From: Lingula anatina
Lineage: Eukaryota; Animalia; Brachiopoda
Direction: 5' to 3'
Assembly (NCBI GenBank): GCA_051362555.1
Contig: CM120649.1
Location: 12,896,001 to 12,960,000, forward strand
Length of the DNA: 64,000 nt
Part shown: positions 63,953 through 64,000 of the stretch, one piece after another
Numbering within the stretch: the first letter of the stretch is position 1
Layout: each line of letters opens with the position of its first letter
Position numbers and translations under genes: made by a program
The notes under the pieces: model-generated
Seen by the model: only the letters and a program-made list of their open reading frames with translations
Told to the model about the DNA's origin: nothing
Databases searched by the model: none

Positions 63953-64000
63953 GTAAGTAAAGTTTGTAAAAAAAAGATAACTGATATTGTTTTAAAATCT

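Noticed and set aside
1-64000. CRISPR arrays, rRNA, tRNA or prokaryotic operons
   Set aside because: No regularly spaced repeat-spacer array or recognisable structural RNA was seen; the sequence is eukaryotic with spliceosomal introns.

Overview
AT-rich, intron-rich animal genomic DNA with microsatellites and MITEs; a marine invertebrate, probably an echinoderm (inference from the gene and TE types). Two divergent genes can be built by hand from splice signals and phase matching. (1) A minus-strand gene covers most of the window. It has a probable non-coding first exon near 59.4-59.5 kb and six phase-compatible coding exons (54444-48837, 48407-46448, 45330-45158, 36057-35950, 33198-33019, 32657-31555). 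These give 3044 codons of low-complexity, apparently disordered protein with many SxIP/SxLP motifs, a FFAT-like motif, PKA/14-3-3 motifs and degenerate internal repeats. The chain ends at a phase-0 donor, and the rest of the gene appears to lie left of the window. The long following intron holds two candidate alternative first coding exons, also phase 0: a 30-aa hydrophobic anchor (11012-10923) and a 4-aa MNRA exon (7093-7082). It also holds a candidate recursive splice site. (2) A plus-strand astacin-family (M12A) metalloprotease gene starts at 62628, with a TATA box and four short exons encoding signal peptide, propeptide, furin site and the start of the catalytic domain. The ORF track does not reveal it. 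Non-autonomous TEs include PIF/Harbinger-like MITEs, three Kolobok-like TTAA elements (one with a nested MITE) and a Helitron/Helentron-like composite. Most short ORFs in the track are noise. I cannot name the large gene, because no folded domain lies inside the window.
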